Below are positions 28,514-37,289 of a DNA stretch of 64,000 nt, in pieces. The stretch's first letter is position 1. Every line of letters begins with the position of its first letter. This stretch comes from an uncultured Bacilli bacterium (GTDB lineage Bacteria > Bacillota_I > Bacilli_A > RF39 > UBA660): the NCBI GenBank assembly GCA_934101425.1, contig CAKOQQ010000001.1:35781-99780 (forward strand). Reading direction: 5' to 3'. Made by a program: the position numbers and the translations under genes. Under the pieces are notes generated by a model, which saw nothing but the letters and a program-made list of their open reading frames with translations, had not been told where the DNA came from and made no database searches.

Positions 28514-29443
28514 CTATATTTCTTTTATATCTTCGAAGTTATTAGGGAAACCTAATTTCATAAGTAAAGTTTCTTTAGATAAAGTAAGTATTTTACTTTC
28601 AAGTATCTTCATTTCGTAATTAAACTCATTAAAAAAATCATTAAAATCTGATTTAGTTAATAATTCCTTTAACATTATAATAACTGAGAATAAATCATTT
28701 TTACCATATATATACTCATCATCTATTTTATTTATCTTTAATATTTCATGAATTTTATTATCAGGAATAGACTTTTGAGTTCTATTAGAATATAACATAT
28801 CTTCATGAGCACATAAATTTCTATAGTTTGCAAGTATACTTAAATATATTTTCATAGTATCAACTGAGACACCAAAATAAGCAGCTATTTCAGTTTGATC
28901 TTCTATTGTTAATATGCTATAAAATTCAGATACAATACCTAAAGAAAGTACTTTTACTAAGATCCATAAAGGTATATAACCGTAATTATTTATATAGTGC
29001 AAAGTAGCTGAATGTTTAGTTCCATTAACTCTTATTTGTCTTTTCATTTTATTTAATACATCTTTTACTTGTCTACTCTTTAATGGATCTTGATTAAAAT
29101 TCTTAGGATTTAAATAATCTCTATCTTTAAACCCATACTTTTTAGAAAGTTGATAACTCATAATAGACTTAATATTGTTTTCAATAACTAAAATGTTTTT
29201 AAAAAATATATTTCTTATTCTTCTATCAAAAGTAAAAACTCCATAAAGTTCATCAAAAGTAGTACCATCTATATATTTATCTTCTCTAGTATTTTGCATA
29301 AATAAATGTCTATATCCATTTAAGAAAAAATAATTTTCACGAAGTAAAATTTCTTTTGCTCTATCATAATCTTCTACGATTAACCCTCTTGACTCTAAAA
29401 TATCAATTTGTTCATTAATTGTCTTAAATATTTTGCTCTTCAT
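28514..29443 (-). CDS. Abi_2 family abortive-infection protein (AbiD/AbiF-like)
   Basis: The N-terminus (FKTINEQIDILESRGLIVEDYDRAKEILLRENYFFLNGY) matches the Abi_2 N-terminal region, which has the form IDEQIELLKSRGL...YYRLSGY. 309 aa. Confidence 0.65.
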   Translation of the reverse strand: MKSKIFKTINEQIDILESRGLIVEDYDRAKEILLRENYFFLNGYRHLFMQNTREDKYIDGTTFDELYGVFTFDRRIRNIFFKNILVIENNIKSIMSYQLSKKYGFKDRDYLNPKNFNQDPLKSRQVKDVLNKMKRQIRVNGTKHSATLHYINNYGYIPLWILVKVLSLGIVSEFYSILTIEDQTEIAAYFGVSVDTMKIYLSILANYRNLCAHEDMLYSNRTQKSIPDNKIHEILKINKIDDEYIYGKNDLFSVIIMLKELLTKSDFNDFFNEFNYEMKILESKILTLSKETLLMKLGFPNNFEDIKEI

Positions 29444-29467
29444 ATTATCACCACTCTTATTATATCA

Positions 29468-30106
29468 TTATTTTAAATATTCTTTTATACCATTACATAA
29501 GCTTTTACTAACTTTTTCTTGATATTTACTATTTGTAAGCAAATATCTTTCATTTTCATTAGATAAAAACCCAACCTCTACAAGTATTCCTGGTATTTTT
29601 ATATTTTTTAGCAAATATAAATTATTTTTCTTTTTATAAGTTCTATTGCCATTTAAATTTTTAATGTTTTTATCCATTATAGAAGCTAAAACTTCATTAG
29701 TAGAATTATTATCATCATAAAATATTTGTACTCCATGCCAAGAAGTACCATATGAATTTAAATGAATAGAAATAAATAAATCAGCATTTGAATTATTTAT
29801 AGCTCGCACACGATTATTTAAATCACTCTTTTTGTGATTATTAGTACTAATAGATAAATCTATATCATCATATCTAGTTAAATAAACAATCGCCCCATTA
29901 TTTTCTAATTCTTTTTTTAACTTTAAGGCTATAGATAAATTAATATCTTTTTCATATATATCTTTATAAGTTGCACCAGGATCTATTCCACCATGCCCTG
30001 GATCAATATATATTACTTTACCTATTAAATCTAAATTTTCTCCTTTCACATAACTAATAATAGATATATTTAGTATGAGCAATACTAAAGCAAATAATTT
30101 TTTCAT
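29468..30106 (-). CDS. cwlD: N-acetylmuramoyl-L-alanine amidase (Amidase_3 family, CwlD-like)
   Basis: Signal peptide, then the motif IYIDPGHGGIDPGA, and a 212-aa size typical of CwlD. Confidence 0.7.
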   Translation of the reverse strand: MKKLFALVLLILNISIISYVKGENLDLIGKVIYIDPGHGGIDPGATYKDIYEKDINLSIALKLKKELENNGAIVYLTRYDDIDLSISTNNHKKSDLNNRVRAINNSNADLFISIHLNSYGTSWHGVQIFYDDNNSTNEVLASIMDKNIKNLNGNRTYKKKNNLYLLKNIKIPGILVEVGFLSNENERYLLTNSKYQEKVSKSLCNGIKEYLK

Positions 30107-30174
30107 AAGATCACCAATTAATCTTATGCAATAATTTTAAAACTTAATTATGTGAAATTTATGTATAAAATATG

Positions 30175-30822
30175 TTAATTTTTAAAACCTATAGCAGCAT
30201 CTACCGGTATAGAAAAGCATATTCCTTTTCCATCAGTATTTAATCCTACTTTTTTATTGATTGCTTCCATTACTTTAATCTTTATATCATTATCTACAAT
30301 AATCATAACAATTTCTTTTTCTGGATCAATACTAATACCTAGTATTTTAGTCGCTTCTTTAGCTTGAAGGCCACGGCCTCTAATTAGAGTTCCCCCTGTT
30401 GCACCAGATTTTTTTGCAGCATTCATAACTTCTTCAAAATATCCTTCAGTCACAATAGTAAATATAAGTGATTTGTTAGATTTATCCATATGAATAACCT
30501 CCTTATTATTTTTAAATTTATCTTGTAAGAATTTATTAGAAGCAGTTATAGGAATACTATAAGCAACTCCAGCACCTGGATACTTTAATAATTCTTTTAA
30601 TACAGTACATATATCATACTCTAAATATTCAGGAATAATACACATTACTATCTGTTTTTTTACTTCATTTAATCCAAAATAATCCATTAAACTAGGTGAA
30701 GCTGTACCTAAAGCTCTAGTTAAAGTAAATGAATTTATTTCAAAACCTTTAAGCACATTTATAAACTTATCTTCACTACCCATTTCAGTTACGATAGTAA
30801 GTAACTTAATTCTAGTTAGCAT
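30175..30822 (-). CDS. Tandem P-II-like domain protein that partners the DUF1538 membrane protein
   Basis: Two GlnB-like repeats (KLLTIVTE...G and LIFTIVTEGYFEEVMNAAKKSGATGGT). Its start overlaps the upstream DUF1538 gene. I trimmed the start to MLTRIKL, which has a GGAGTG RBS. Confidence 0.5.
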   Translation of the reverse strand: MLTRIKLLTIVTEMGSEDKFINVLKGFEINSFTLTRALGTASPSLMDYFGLNEVKKQIVMCIIPEYLEYDICTVLKELLKYPGAGVAYSIPITASNKFLQDKFKNNKEVIHMDKSNKSLIFTIVTEGYFEEVMNAAKKSGATGGTLIRGRGLQAKEATKILGISIDPEKEIVMIIVDNDIKIKVMEAINKKVGLNTDGKGICFSIPVDAAIGFKN

Positions 30823-32323
30823 AAGTATCACTCCAATCATATTCAACAATTTCTGTATGATATCTATGTTTATCCTTGTATTTTTCTTTAACTTTATATA
30901 CTAATCCTAATATTTGAATCATAATAAGTGGAGTCATAGCAACAAGTGCAACTAATCCAAAAGCATCAGTTAAGGGATTACCACAAACTCCTACACTAGC
31001 ACCTATACTAATAGGTAGTAAGAATGTAGCAGTCATAGGTCCAGATGCAGCTCCACCAGAATCAAAGGCAATAGATGTAAACAAGCTTGGAGTAAATAAA
31101 GTTAGTAATAAAGTAACTAAATACCCTGGAACTATTATATATAAAATAGATATACCAGTTAAACTTCTTAACATAGCTAATCCAACAGATGCACTTACTC
31201 CAATAGATAAGAAGATACTTATCATATTTTTCTTTATAGCACCTTCAGTAATTTCTTCTATTTGACTAGTTAATACTTTAACAGCCGGTTCCGCTTTAAC
31301 AGTAACAAAACCAATTACAAATCCAAGGGGTATAAGCATCCACTTATAAGCAGTTTTAGAAATACTATTACCAATAAAAGAACCTACAGGCATAAGTCCC
31401 ATATTAGCACCTAATAAAAACACACTTAAACCAATTATAGTTATTATCATACCTAAAAAAACTTTTCTAGTATCTTTTTTATTAGTAATTTTATACTTAA
31501 ACAAGAAATATAAGTATACAACTAATATAGGTATAATAGCTTCTAATACTTCTATAAAATAAGATAAAATACCAGTTGAATATACATTTATTACCTCAAA
31601 TAAACTTTCATATTGCTTTACTACACTAGGTACATATGAAGTATTTAAATTAAAAATAATTCCCAATAATAATACAACTAATATAGGTCCAACAGAACAT
31701 AAACCAACTAAGCCAAAACTACTTTCTTTTTCTTTCTTACTTACATTAACACTAGCAAGACCTACACCAAGAGCAACAATAAAAGGTACACTAATAGGAC
31801 CAGTTGTAACTCCACCAGAATCAAACGCTAATGGAATAAATTCATTTGGTGTAATAAATAGTATTAAGAATATAATTATATAAGCAAAAATAAGCACTTT
31901 AGTTAAATTAATATTATATTTGGTCTTAAGCACAGCAAAAACTAAAAACATACCAACACCTATACCTACAGATAATATAAGAATAATATTAGGTATAGAT
32001 GTCATTTGTTCCGCTAAAACCTTTAAATCAGGTTCAGCAACAGTTATTACAATACCAATTATAAAAATAAGTATACAAGATATAAATAATCTACTCTTTT
32101 TAACTAAAATATTACCAACCTTTTCACCAATAAGTTCCATAGAAACTTCAGAGCCAAAAGTAAATAAACTAATGCCAACTATAATAAGCACCATAGAAAT
32201 ACTAAAAGAAAGTAATGTAGATCTAGTAAAATCTATAAAAAAACTAAGCATCACTACAATTAGTATTATTGGTAAAACAGATGTAATTGAATCTTTAAAA
32301 ATATTTTTTAATTTTTTTATCAT
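30812..32323 (-). CDS. DUF1538 family membrane protein (internally duplicated)
   Basis: About 500 aa and polytopic. It has duplicated motifs (FDSGGVTTGPISVPFIVALGVG and FDSGGAASGPMTATFLLPISIG). I trimmed the start to MIKKLK, which follows a GGAGAG RBS. Confidence 0.5.
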   Translation of the reverse strand: MIKKLKNIFKDSITSVLPIILIVVMLSFFIDFTRSTLLSFSISMVLIIVGISLFTFGSEVSMELIGEKVGNILVKKSRLFISCILIFIIGIVITVAEPDLKVLAEQMTSIPNIILILSVGIGVGMFLVFAVLKTKYNINLTKVLIFAYIIIFLILFITPNEFIPLAFDSGGVTTGPISVPFIVALGVGLASVNVSKKEKESSFGLVGLCSVGPILVVLLLGIIFNLNTSYVPSVVKQYESLFEVINVYSTGILSYFIEVLEAIIPILVVYLYFLFKYKITNKKDTRKVFLGMIITIIGLSVFLLGANMGLMPVGSFIGNSISKTAYKWMLIPLGFVIGFVTVKAEPAVKVLTSQIEEITEGAIKKNMISIFLSIGVSASVGLAMLRSLTGISILYIIVPGYLVTLLLTLFTPSLFTSIAFDSGGAASGPMTATFLLPISIGASVGVCGNPLTDAFGLVALVAMTPLIMIQILGLVYKVKEKYKDKHRYHTEIVEYDWSDTYAN

Positions 32324-32382
32324 AGTACTCTCCATTATAATTATAACACGATATTATTATTTTTTTATTATTTAGACACTAT

Positions 32383-32412
32383 TTTACAAAAAAAGATAGA
32401 ATAATCTATCTT
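32383..32412 (-). terminator. Rho-independent terminator of pilin paralog A
   Basis: AAGATAGA-ataa-TCTATCTT followed by TTTTTTTG on the minus strand. It overlaps the stop codon. Confidence 0.6.
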
Positions 32413-33647
32413 AATTTATCTCTACTTACTTCTATAACTGGGCGCACACCGGGGCCGCTTGCATTAGCCACGTTGTTGTCGTGGCTCAAGATGCCAATGT
32501 AGTAAACGGTAAAAGCGGTGTTAAAATTGCCGGAATATGCAGTATTTGTCCAGTATGCACCGGCACTAGAATCAGCTACATTACATCCATATGTTGTACA
32601 TTCTCTTGTATTATCAAATAGCCATGCATATCTGTTTGTTCCTGCTGCTCCTTTGTATTCTGTATTTGAATTTGTATGGAAGTAATAACGGTTATTATTC
32701 CAATTTGGATATCCTGTTATTTTTGCTATTTCACTTGCTTCTATTAGTCTAGCTGTACTTTTAACAGCACCATTCCAAGAAGCTATATCATTTTCTAATT
32801 GTGTTTTTACTTCAACTGGACCATTGGCATTTTTTCCACTTGATGCCCATGCAACTTTTGCTGTTGTATTATGATCTAGTAGTAAATTAACTGTATTATT
32901 TCCTTCATCATTAAATGCATACCATTTCATACATCCATTACTTTTACTAGTATTTGATGTAGCTTCTTCTTTAGAACAAACACTATTACTATTTGGATTA
33001 AAATATATAGCTGTTCCATTTGCATATTTATTATTTGATACATATACATTTCTATATACTGTCGAGCTTATTCCTTTTGTATCTGTAGCTGTATATTTTA
33101 CTTGATATATTCCTTCAGCACTCATCACTAAATTACTTTTATCTATAACTATATTTGATATGGCATTACCATCAGAATCAGTTGCAGAGGCACCAAGTTC
33201 AGTATAAGTAGCATTTAAATTATAAGTAACCATTGGTGATCCATTAAAATTTATTATAGGAGACTTTTCTCCATCTCTAGTAGTAATAGTACTTTCTACT
33301 ATATCATAAGTATAAGTTTCACCTTTTTTCTTTATTTCAATTGTAAGAGCATCATCAAAATATTTATCATCATTAGGATTTTTTACTTCTTTTTTTATTA
33401 GTCCTGAACTTTTTAATTGACCTAATGTTATTTTAACAACAAATTCTTCTTTTCTTGGAAGTAAGCCTGAATTAGCACTTGCATAAGCCTGAACTGCTTC
33501 TATTATTGTACTTATTTGTGTATTATAAGCTTTTTCTTTTGATTGCTTTATATATTTATTTACTGATGGTACTGCAATTACTAGTATTAGCGACAATATA
33601 ACTATTACTGCTAGTAATTCTACTAATGTAAAACCTTTCTTTTTCAT
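32406..33647 (-). CDS. Pilin-like protein (class III signal) with a DUF5011 Ig-like domain and a C-terminal DUF1566/lectin-like domain. Tandem paralog A.
   Basis: The N-terminus is MKKKGFTLVELLAVIVILSLILVIAVPSVNKYIKQSKEKAY. The Ig-like segment is GSPMVTYNLNATYTELGASATDSDGNAI...YQVKYTATDTKGISSTVYRNVYV. The C-terminal domain (MKWYAF...ARLIEASEIAKITGYPNW...YWTNTAY...GVRPVIEVS) resembles DUF1566. Confidence 0.7.
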   Translation of the reverse strand: MKKKGFTLVELLAVIVILSLILVIAVPSVNKYIKQSKEKAYNTQISTIIEAVQAYASANSGLLPRKEEFVVKITLGQLKSSGLIKKEVKNPNDDKYFDDALTIEIKKKGETYTYDIVESTITTRDGEKSPIINFNGSPMVTYNLNATYTELGASATDSDGNAISNIVIDKSNLVMSAEGIYQVKYTATDTKGISSTVYRNVYVSNNKYANGTAIYFNPNSNSVCSKEEATSNTSKSNGCMKWYAFNDEGNNTVNLLLDHNTTAKVAWASSGKNANGPVEVKTQLENDIASWNGAVKSTARLIEASEIAKITGYPNWNNNRYYFHTNSNTEYKGAAGTNRYAWLFDNTRECTTYGCNVADSSAGAYWTNTAYSGNFNTAFTVYYIGILSHDNNVANASGPGVRPVIEVSRDKLR

Positions 33648-33669
33648 ATTATTCCTACTTTCTACATTA

Positions 33670-33698
33670 ATTATATTTATTTATCTTTTATAAGTCAA
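33670..33698 (-). promoter_or_regulatory. Perfect consensus sigma-A promoter TTGACT-17-TATAAT for paralog A
   Basis: Minus strand: -35 TTGACT (plus 33693..33698), a 17-nt spacer, and -10 TATAAT (plus 33670..33675). It lies directly downstream of paralog B's terminator. Confidence 0.6.
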
Positions 33699-33708
33699 GA
33701 AATAAAAA

Positions 33709-33728
33709 AAGATAGAATATTCTATCTT
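33709..33728 (-). terminator. Rho-independent terminator of pilin paralog B
   Basis: Perfect 20-bp palindrome AAGATAGAATATTCTATCTT followed by a run of 7 T. Confidence 0.6.
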
Positions 33729-35002
33729 AATTTACTTTTTAATACGGTAATAACTGGGCGAACACCGAGGAAGTCTGAATCAGCCACGTCGGTGCTGTAG
33801 AAGGAGCCCTCGTTGGACACGAACCAAGCGAAGCCAGAACTGCCGGAATATGCAGTATTTGTCCAGTATCCATAAGTACTAGAATCTGCTACATTACATC
33901 CATATGTTGTACATTTATATGTATTATCAAATAGCCATGCATATTTGTTTGTTCCTGCTGCTCCTTTATATTCTGTTTGTGTATTATCATGAAAATAATA
34001 CCCGTTATTATTCCAATTTGGATATCCTGTTATAGTAGCTATTTCACTTGCTTCTATTAGTCTAGGGTTTAAACTACTTTTCCAAGCTTTTGTATCGCTT
34101 TTTAGTTGTTTTAATGCTGTAATTGGGCCTTTACTATTATTTCCATAACTCCCATACTCCGCTTCTGTTCCACCAGCTTCAATATAATCTTCTTTTGATG
34201 CCCACGCAACTTCATCTGTCGTATTATGGTCTAGTATTAACTTTATATAAAGACTTCCATCATCTAAAAAACTATACCATTTCATACACCCATTACTTTT
34301 ACTTGTATTTATACTAGCTTCTTCTTTAGAACAAACACTATTACTGTTAGGATTAAAATATATAGTTGTTCCATTTGCATATTTATCTTTTATTACATAT
34401 ACATTTCTATATACTGTTGAGCTTATTCCTTTTGTATCTGTTACTGTATACTTTACTTGATATATTCCTTCAGTACTCATAACTAAATTACTTTTATTTA
34501 TAACTATATTTGTTAAAGCTTTTCCATCAGAATCAGTTGCTGAGGCACCTAAATCATTATATGTATCATTTAAATTATAAATAACCATTGGTGATCCATT
34601 TAAAGTTATCTTAGGAGCTTCTTCTCCATCTCTAGTAGTAATAGTGTTTTCTACTACTTCATATATATAATTTTCTTTATTTTTCTTTATTTTAATTGTA
34701 AGTGCATCATCAAAGTATTTATCATCATTAGGATTTTTTACTTCTTCTTTTATTAACCCTGCACTTTTTAATTGACCTAATGTTATTTTAACAGATATAT
34801 TTTCTCTATTTGGAAGTAACTCAAGATTTGTGCTTGCATAAGCCTGTGCTGCTTCTATTATTGTACTTATTTGTGCATCATATGCTTTTTCTTTTGATTG
34901 CTTTATATATTTATTTACTGATGGTACTGCAATTACTAGTACTAGTGATAATATAATTATTACTGCTAATAATTCTACTAATGTGAAACCTTTCTTTTTC
35001 AT
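33722..35002 (-). CDS. Pilin-like protein with DUF5011 Ig-like and DUF1566-like domains. Tandem paralog B.
   Basis: 426 aa. It has the same N-terminal prepilin sequence and the same C-terminal GVRPVITV...KLR ending as paralogs A and C. Confidence 0.7.
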   Translation of the reverse strand: MKKKGFTLVELLAVIIILSLVLVIAVPSVNKYIKQSKEKAYDAQISTIIEAAQAYASTNLELLPNRENISVKITLGQLKSAGLIKEEVKNPNDDKYFDDALTIKIKKNKENYIYEVVENTITTRDGEEAPKITLNGSPMVIYNLNDTYNDLGASATDSDGKALTNIVINKSNLVMSTEGIYQVKYTVTDTKGISSTVYRNVYVIKDKYANGTTIYFNPNSNSVCSKEEASINTSKSNGCMKWYSFLDDGSLYIKLILDHNTTDEVAWASKEDYIEAGGTEAEYGSYGNNSKGPITALKQLKSDTKAWKSSLNPRLIEASEIATITGYPNWNNNGYYFHDNTQTEYKGAAGTNKYAWLFDNTYKCTTYGCNVADSSTYGYWTNTAYSGSSGFAWFVSNEGSFYSTDVADSDFLGVRPVITVLKSKLR

Positions 35003-35021
35003 ATTATTCCTACTTTCTACA

Positions 35022-35050
35022 TTAATTATATTTATTTATCTTTTATAAGT
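35022..35050 (-). promoter_or_regulatory. Perfect consensus sigma-A promoter TTGACT-17-TATAAT for paralog B
   Basis: -35 at plus 35045..35050, a 17-nt spacer, and -10 at plus 35022..35027. Confidence 0.6.
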
Positions 35051-35062
35051 CAAGAAATAAAA

Positions 35063-35082
35063 AAGATAGAATATTCTATCTT
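35063..35082 (-). terminator. Rho-independent terminator of pilin paralog C
   Basis: The same AAGATAGAATATTCTATCTT palindrome followed by a T-run. Confidence 0.6.
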
Positions 35083-36332
35083 AATATACTTCTTGATACA
35101 GTGATAACTGGGCGCACACCGTAATTTGAACGGACAACTTGATAATAACGTAATACTCCATCAGAATCAATTATCCAAGCATAATCATTAAATCTAGTAT
35201 ATGCAGTGTTTGTCCAATATCCAAAAGTACTAGAATCAGCTACATTACATCCATATGTTGTACAAGAGCTTGTATTATCAAATAGCCATGCATATTTGTT
35301 TGTTCCAACACTTCCTGTATATTCTGTTGTACTATTATTATGCAAATAATAATAATCTGCACCAGCTGTCCAACTAGGATTATCAGTTATTGTAGCTATT
35401 TCACTTGCTTCTATTAGTCTAGCTGTACTTTTAATAGCACTATTCCAAGAAGCTATATCACTATTTAATTGTGTTAATACTTCTTGTGGGCCATCTTCAT
35501 TAGTACCACTAGATGCCCATGCAACTGTTGCTGTCGTATTATGATCTAATAATAAAGTCATTTTTTCACTAGTTCCATTATCTAATATACTATACCATTT
35601 CATACAACCTGTTTTAGTGCCTGTTGTGCTTACTGCTTCAGCACTAGTACATTTAGCATTTGTAACTGGGTTATAATAGTATACTCGACCACTTACTAAA
35701 TTAGATACTGCACCATCTCTTACTACTACATTTCTATATATTGTTGTAGTAGTTCCATATGAATCAGTTGCTGTATATTTAATATAATATACACCTTTTA
35801 CACTCATATCTAGTGATGATGAATCAACATTAACATCACTTATTACTTTTCCATTATAGTCATAGGCACTAGAGCCTTCTTCTTGATAAGAAGAATTTAT
35901 ACTATAATAAACTACTGTATTTCCTGTCAATTTTATTGAAGGACTATTATTAGTAGTTTCTCTTACCTTTATAGTATCCTCATCTATTTCATATGTATAT
36001 CTATTACCTTTTTTCTTTATAATAAAAGTTAATGCATCATCAAAGTATTTATCATTATAAGGATTTTTTGTATCATTTTTTACAATACCTTCTATCTTTA
36101 ATTGACCTAATGTTATTTTTATTATTTCATCATCGTTTTCTGGCAATATTTCATTATTCATGTTGGCATATGATTCTACAGCATCTAATAATTCACTTAT
36201 TTGAACTTTATATGCTTTTTCTTTTGATTGTTTTATATATCTATTTACTGATGGGACAGCAATTACTAATATTATTGATAATATTACTATTACAGCGAGT
36301 AACTCTACTAACGTAAATCCCTTTTTATTCAT
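35076..36332 (-). CDS. Pilin-like protein with DUF5011 Ig-like and DUF1566-like domains. Tandem paralog C.
   Basis: 418 aa. The N-terminus is MNKKGFTLVELLAVIVILSIILVIAVPSVNRYIKQSKEKAY. It shares the C-terminal domain and ends GVRPVITVSRSILR. Confidence 0.7.
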   Translation of the reverse strand: MNKKGFTLVELLAVIVILSIILVIAVPSVNRYIKQSKEKAYKVQISELLDAVESYANMNNEILPENDDEIIKITLGQLKIEGIVKNDTKNPYNDKYFDDALTFIIKKKGNRYTYEIDEDTIKVRETTNNSPSIKLTGNTVVYYSINSSYQEEGSSAYDYNGKVISDVNVDSSSLDMSVKGVYYIKYTATDSYGTTTTIYRNVVVRDGAVSNLVSGRVYYYNPVTNAKCTSAEAVSTTGTKTGCMKWYSILDNGTSEKMTLLLDHNTTATVAWASSGTNEDGPQEVLTQLNSDIASWNSAIKSTARLIEASEIATITDNPSWTAGADYYYLHNNSTTEYTGSVGTNKYAWLFDNTSSCTTYGCNVADSSTFGYWTNTAYTRFNDYAWIIDSDGVLRYYQVVRSNYGVRPVITVSRSILR

Positions 36333-36357
36333 ATTTTTCCTACTTTCTACTATATTA

Positions 36358-36386
36358 ATTATATTTATTTATTTTTTATAAGTCAA
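36358..36386 (-). promoter_or_regulatory. Consensus sigma-A promoter TTGACT-17-TATAAT for paralog C
   Basis: -35 at plus 36381..36386 and -10 at plus 36358..36363. Confidence 0.55.
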
Positions 36387-36495
36387 GATTTGATTTATAT
36401 ATCATATAAATTAGTAATAATAGGTTTTTTATTCACACCCTTTTTAAGTAAGTGAATATCCTATTAATGAAAATAAATGAAGGGGTGGATTATAT

Positions 36496-36930
36496 ATGTG
36501 TAATAATAATGAGACAAATAATACTTCATGCATATCTGAAATTTTAGCTGTTATATGTCTTTTACAACAAAACGCTAGTTGCTGTGGTGACACTTGCCTA
36601 GATACTTGTGATAGAGGTTTCTTAGGTTGTGGAACTACTAGTTTAGGTTGTAATACAAGACCTATAATTCTATATACGACTGCAGGAAACGGAACACCAT
36701 TTTCTATGCCAACCACTAAAACAGCATTAACTTGTGATGGTGCTACTTGCTCCAGTGTATGCAGAATTGAAAAAATAGATGGAAATTGTGCAACATTTAG
36801 AGTATTACAAGAAAATACAGATCAAACATCAGCTTATCCTTATGAAGCTACAAACTCATTTTTTACAATGAATTTAAATTGCTTATGTGCAATTAGATGC
36901 TTAAATGATACTTACGTAGAATGCATATAA
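36496..36930 (+). CDS. cotZ: CotY/CotZ-family spore coat or exosporium protein (Cys-rich)
   Basis: 144 aa. DGNCATFRVL and LNCLCAIRCLND parallel B. subtilis CotZ (HGSCATLSLL and LDCFCAINCLNP). Confidence 0.7.
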   Translation: MCNNNETNNTSCISEILAVICLLQQNASCCGDTCLDTCDRGFLGCGTTSLGCNTRPIILYTTAGNGTPFSMPTTKTALTCDGATCSSVCRIEKIDGNCATFRVLQENTDQTSAYPYEATNSFFTMNLNCLCAIRCLNDTYVECI

Positions 36931-36957
36931 AAACTTCACATTGTGAAGTTTTTTTAT
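36931..36957. terminator. Bidirectional terminator between cotZ-like (+) and 36954..37256 (-)
   Basis: AAACTTCACA-tt-GTGAAGTTT flanked by A and T runs. Confidence 0.55.
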
Positions 36958-37256
36958 TTGGCATAATTTATATCTATAATATCATTTATATTAATTCTTT
37001 CATTTTGCATAGTAAGAATATAGTCAGGACCTCTACCAATAATTCTTTTTGTTATAGTTTTATCTTCTAAAGTTATTTCTACATCAGCTTTATATATATA
37101 GTTTTTAGCATTAAAAATAGCATCTATTTTATCTCTAACACTTTTACCTATTAGACTAGGTCTTTTATTTTTTTCATCTAATTTAGAATAATATACAGAA
37201 TTATTATTAGCATTCCTTATATTCTTATTAGCAAATACTTTAGGAAGTTTATCCAT
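36954..37256 (-). CDS. Hypothetical 100-aa protein, possibly YabP/YqfC-like and sporulation-associated
   Basis: Weak resemblance only: C-terminal ...ININDIIDINYAK, size, and a neighbouring cotZ. Confidence 0.2.
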   Translation of the reverse strand: MDKLPKVFANKNIRNANNNSVYYSKLDEKNKRPSLIGKSVRDKIDAIFNAKNYIYKADVEITLEDKTITKRIIGRGPDYILTMQNERININDIIDINYAK

Positions 37257-37289
37257 ATTTCACCTCACTAAAGTTTATTCTTATATATT

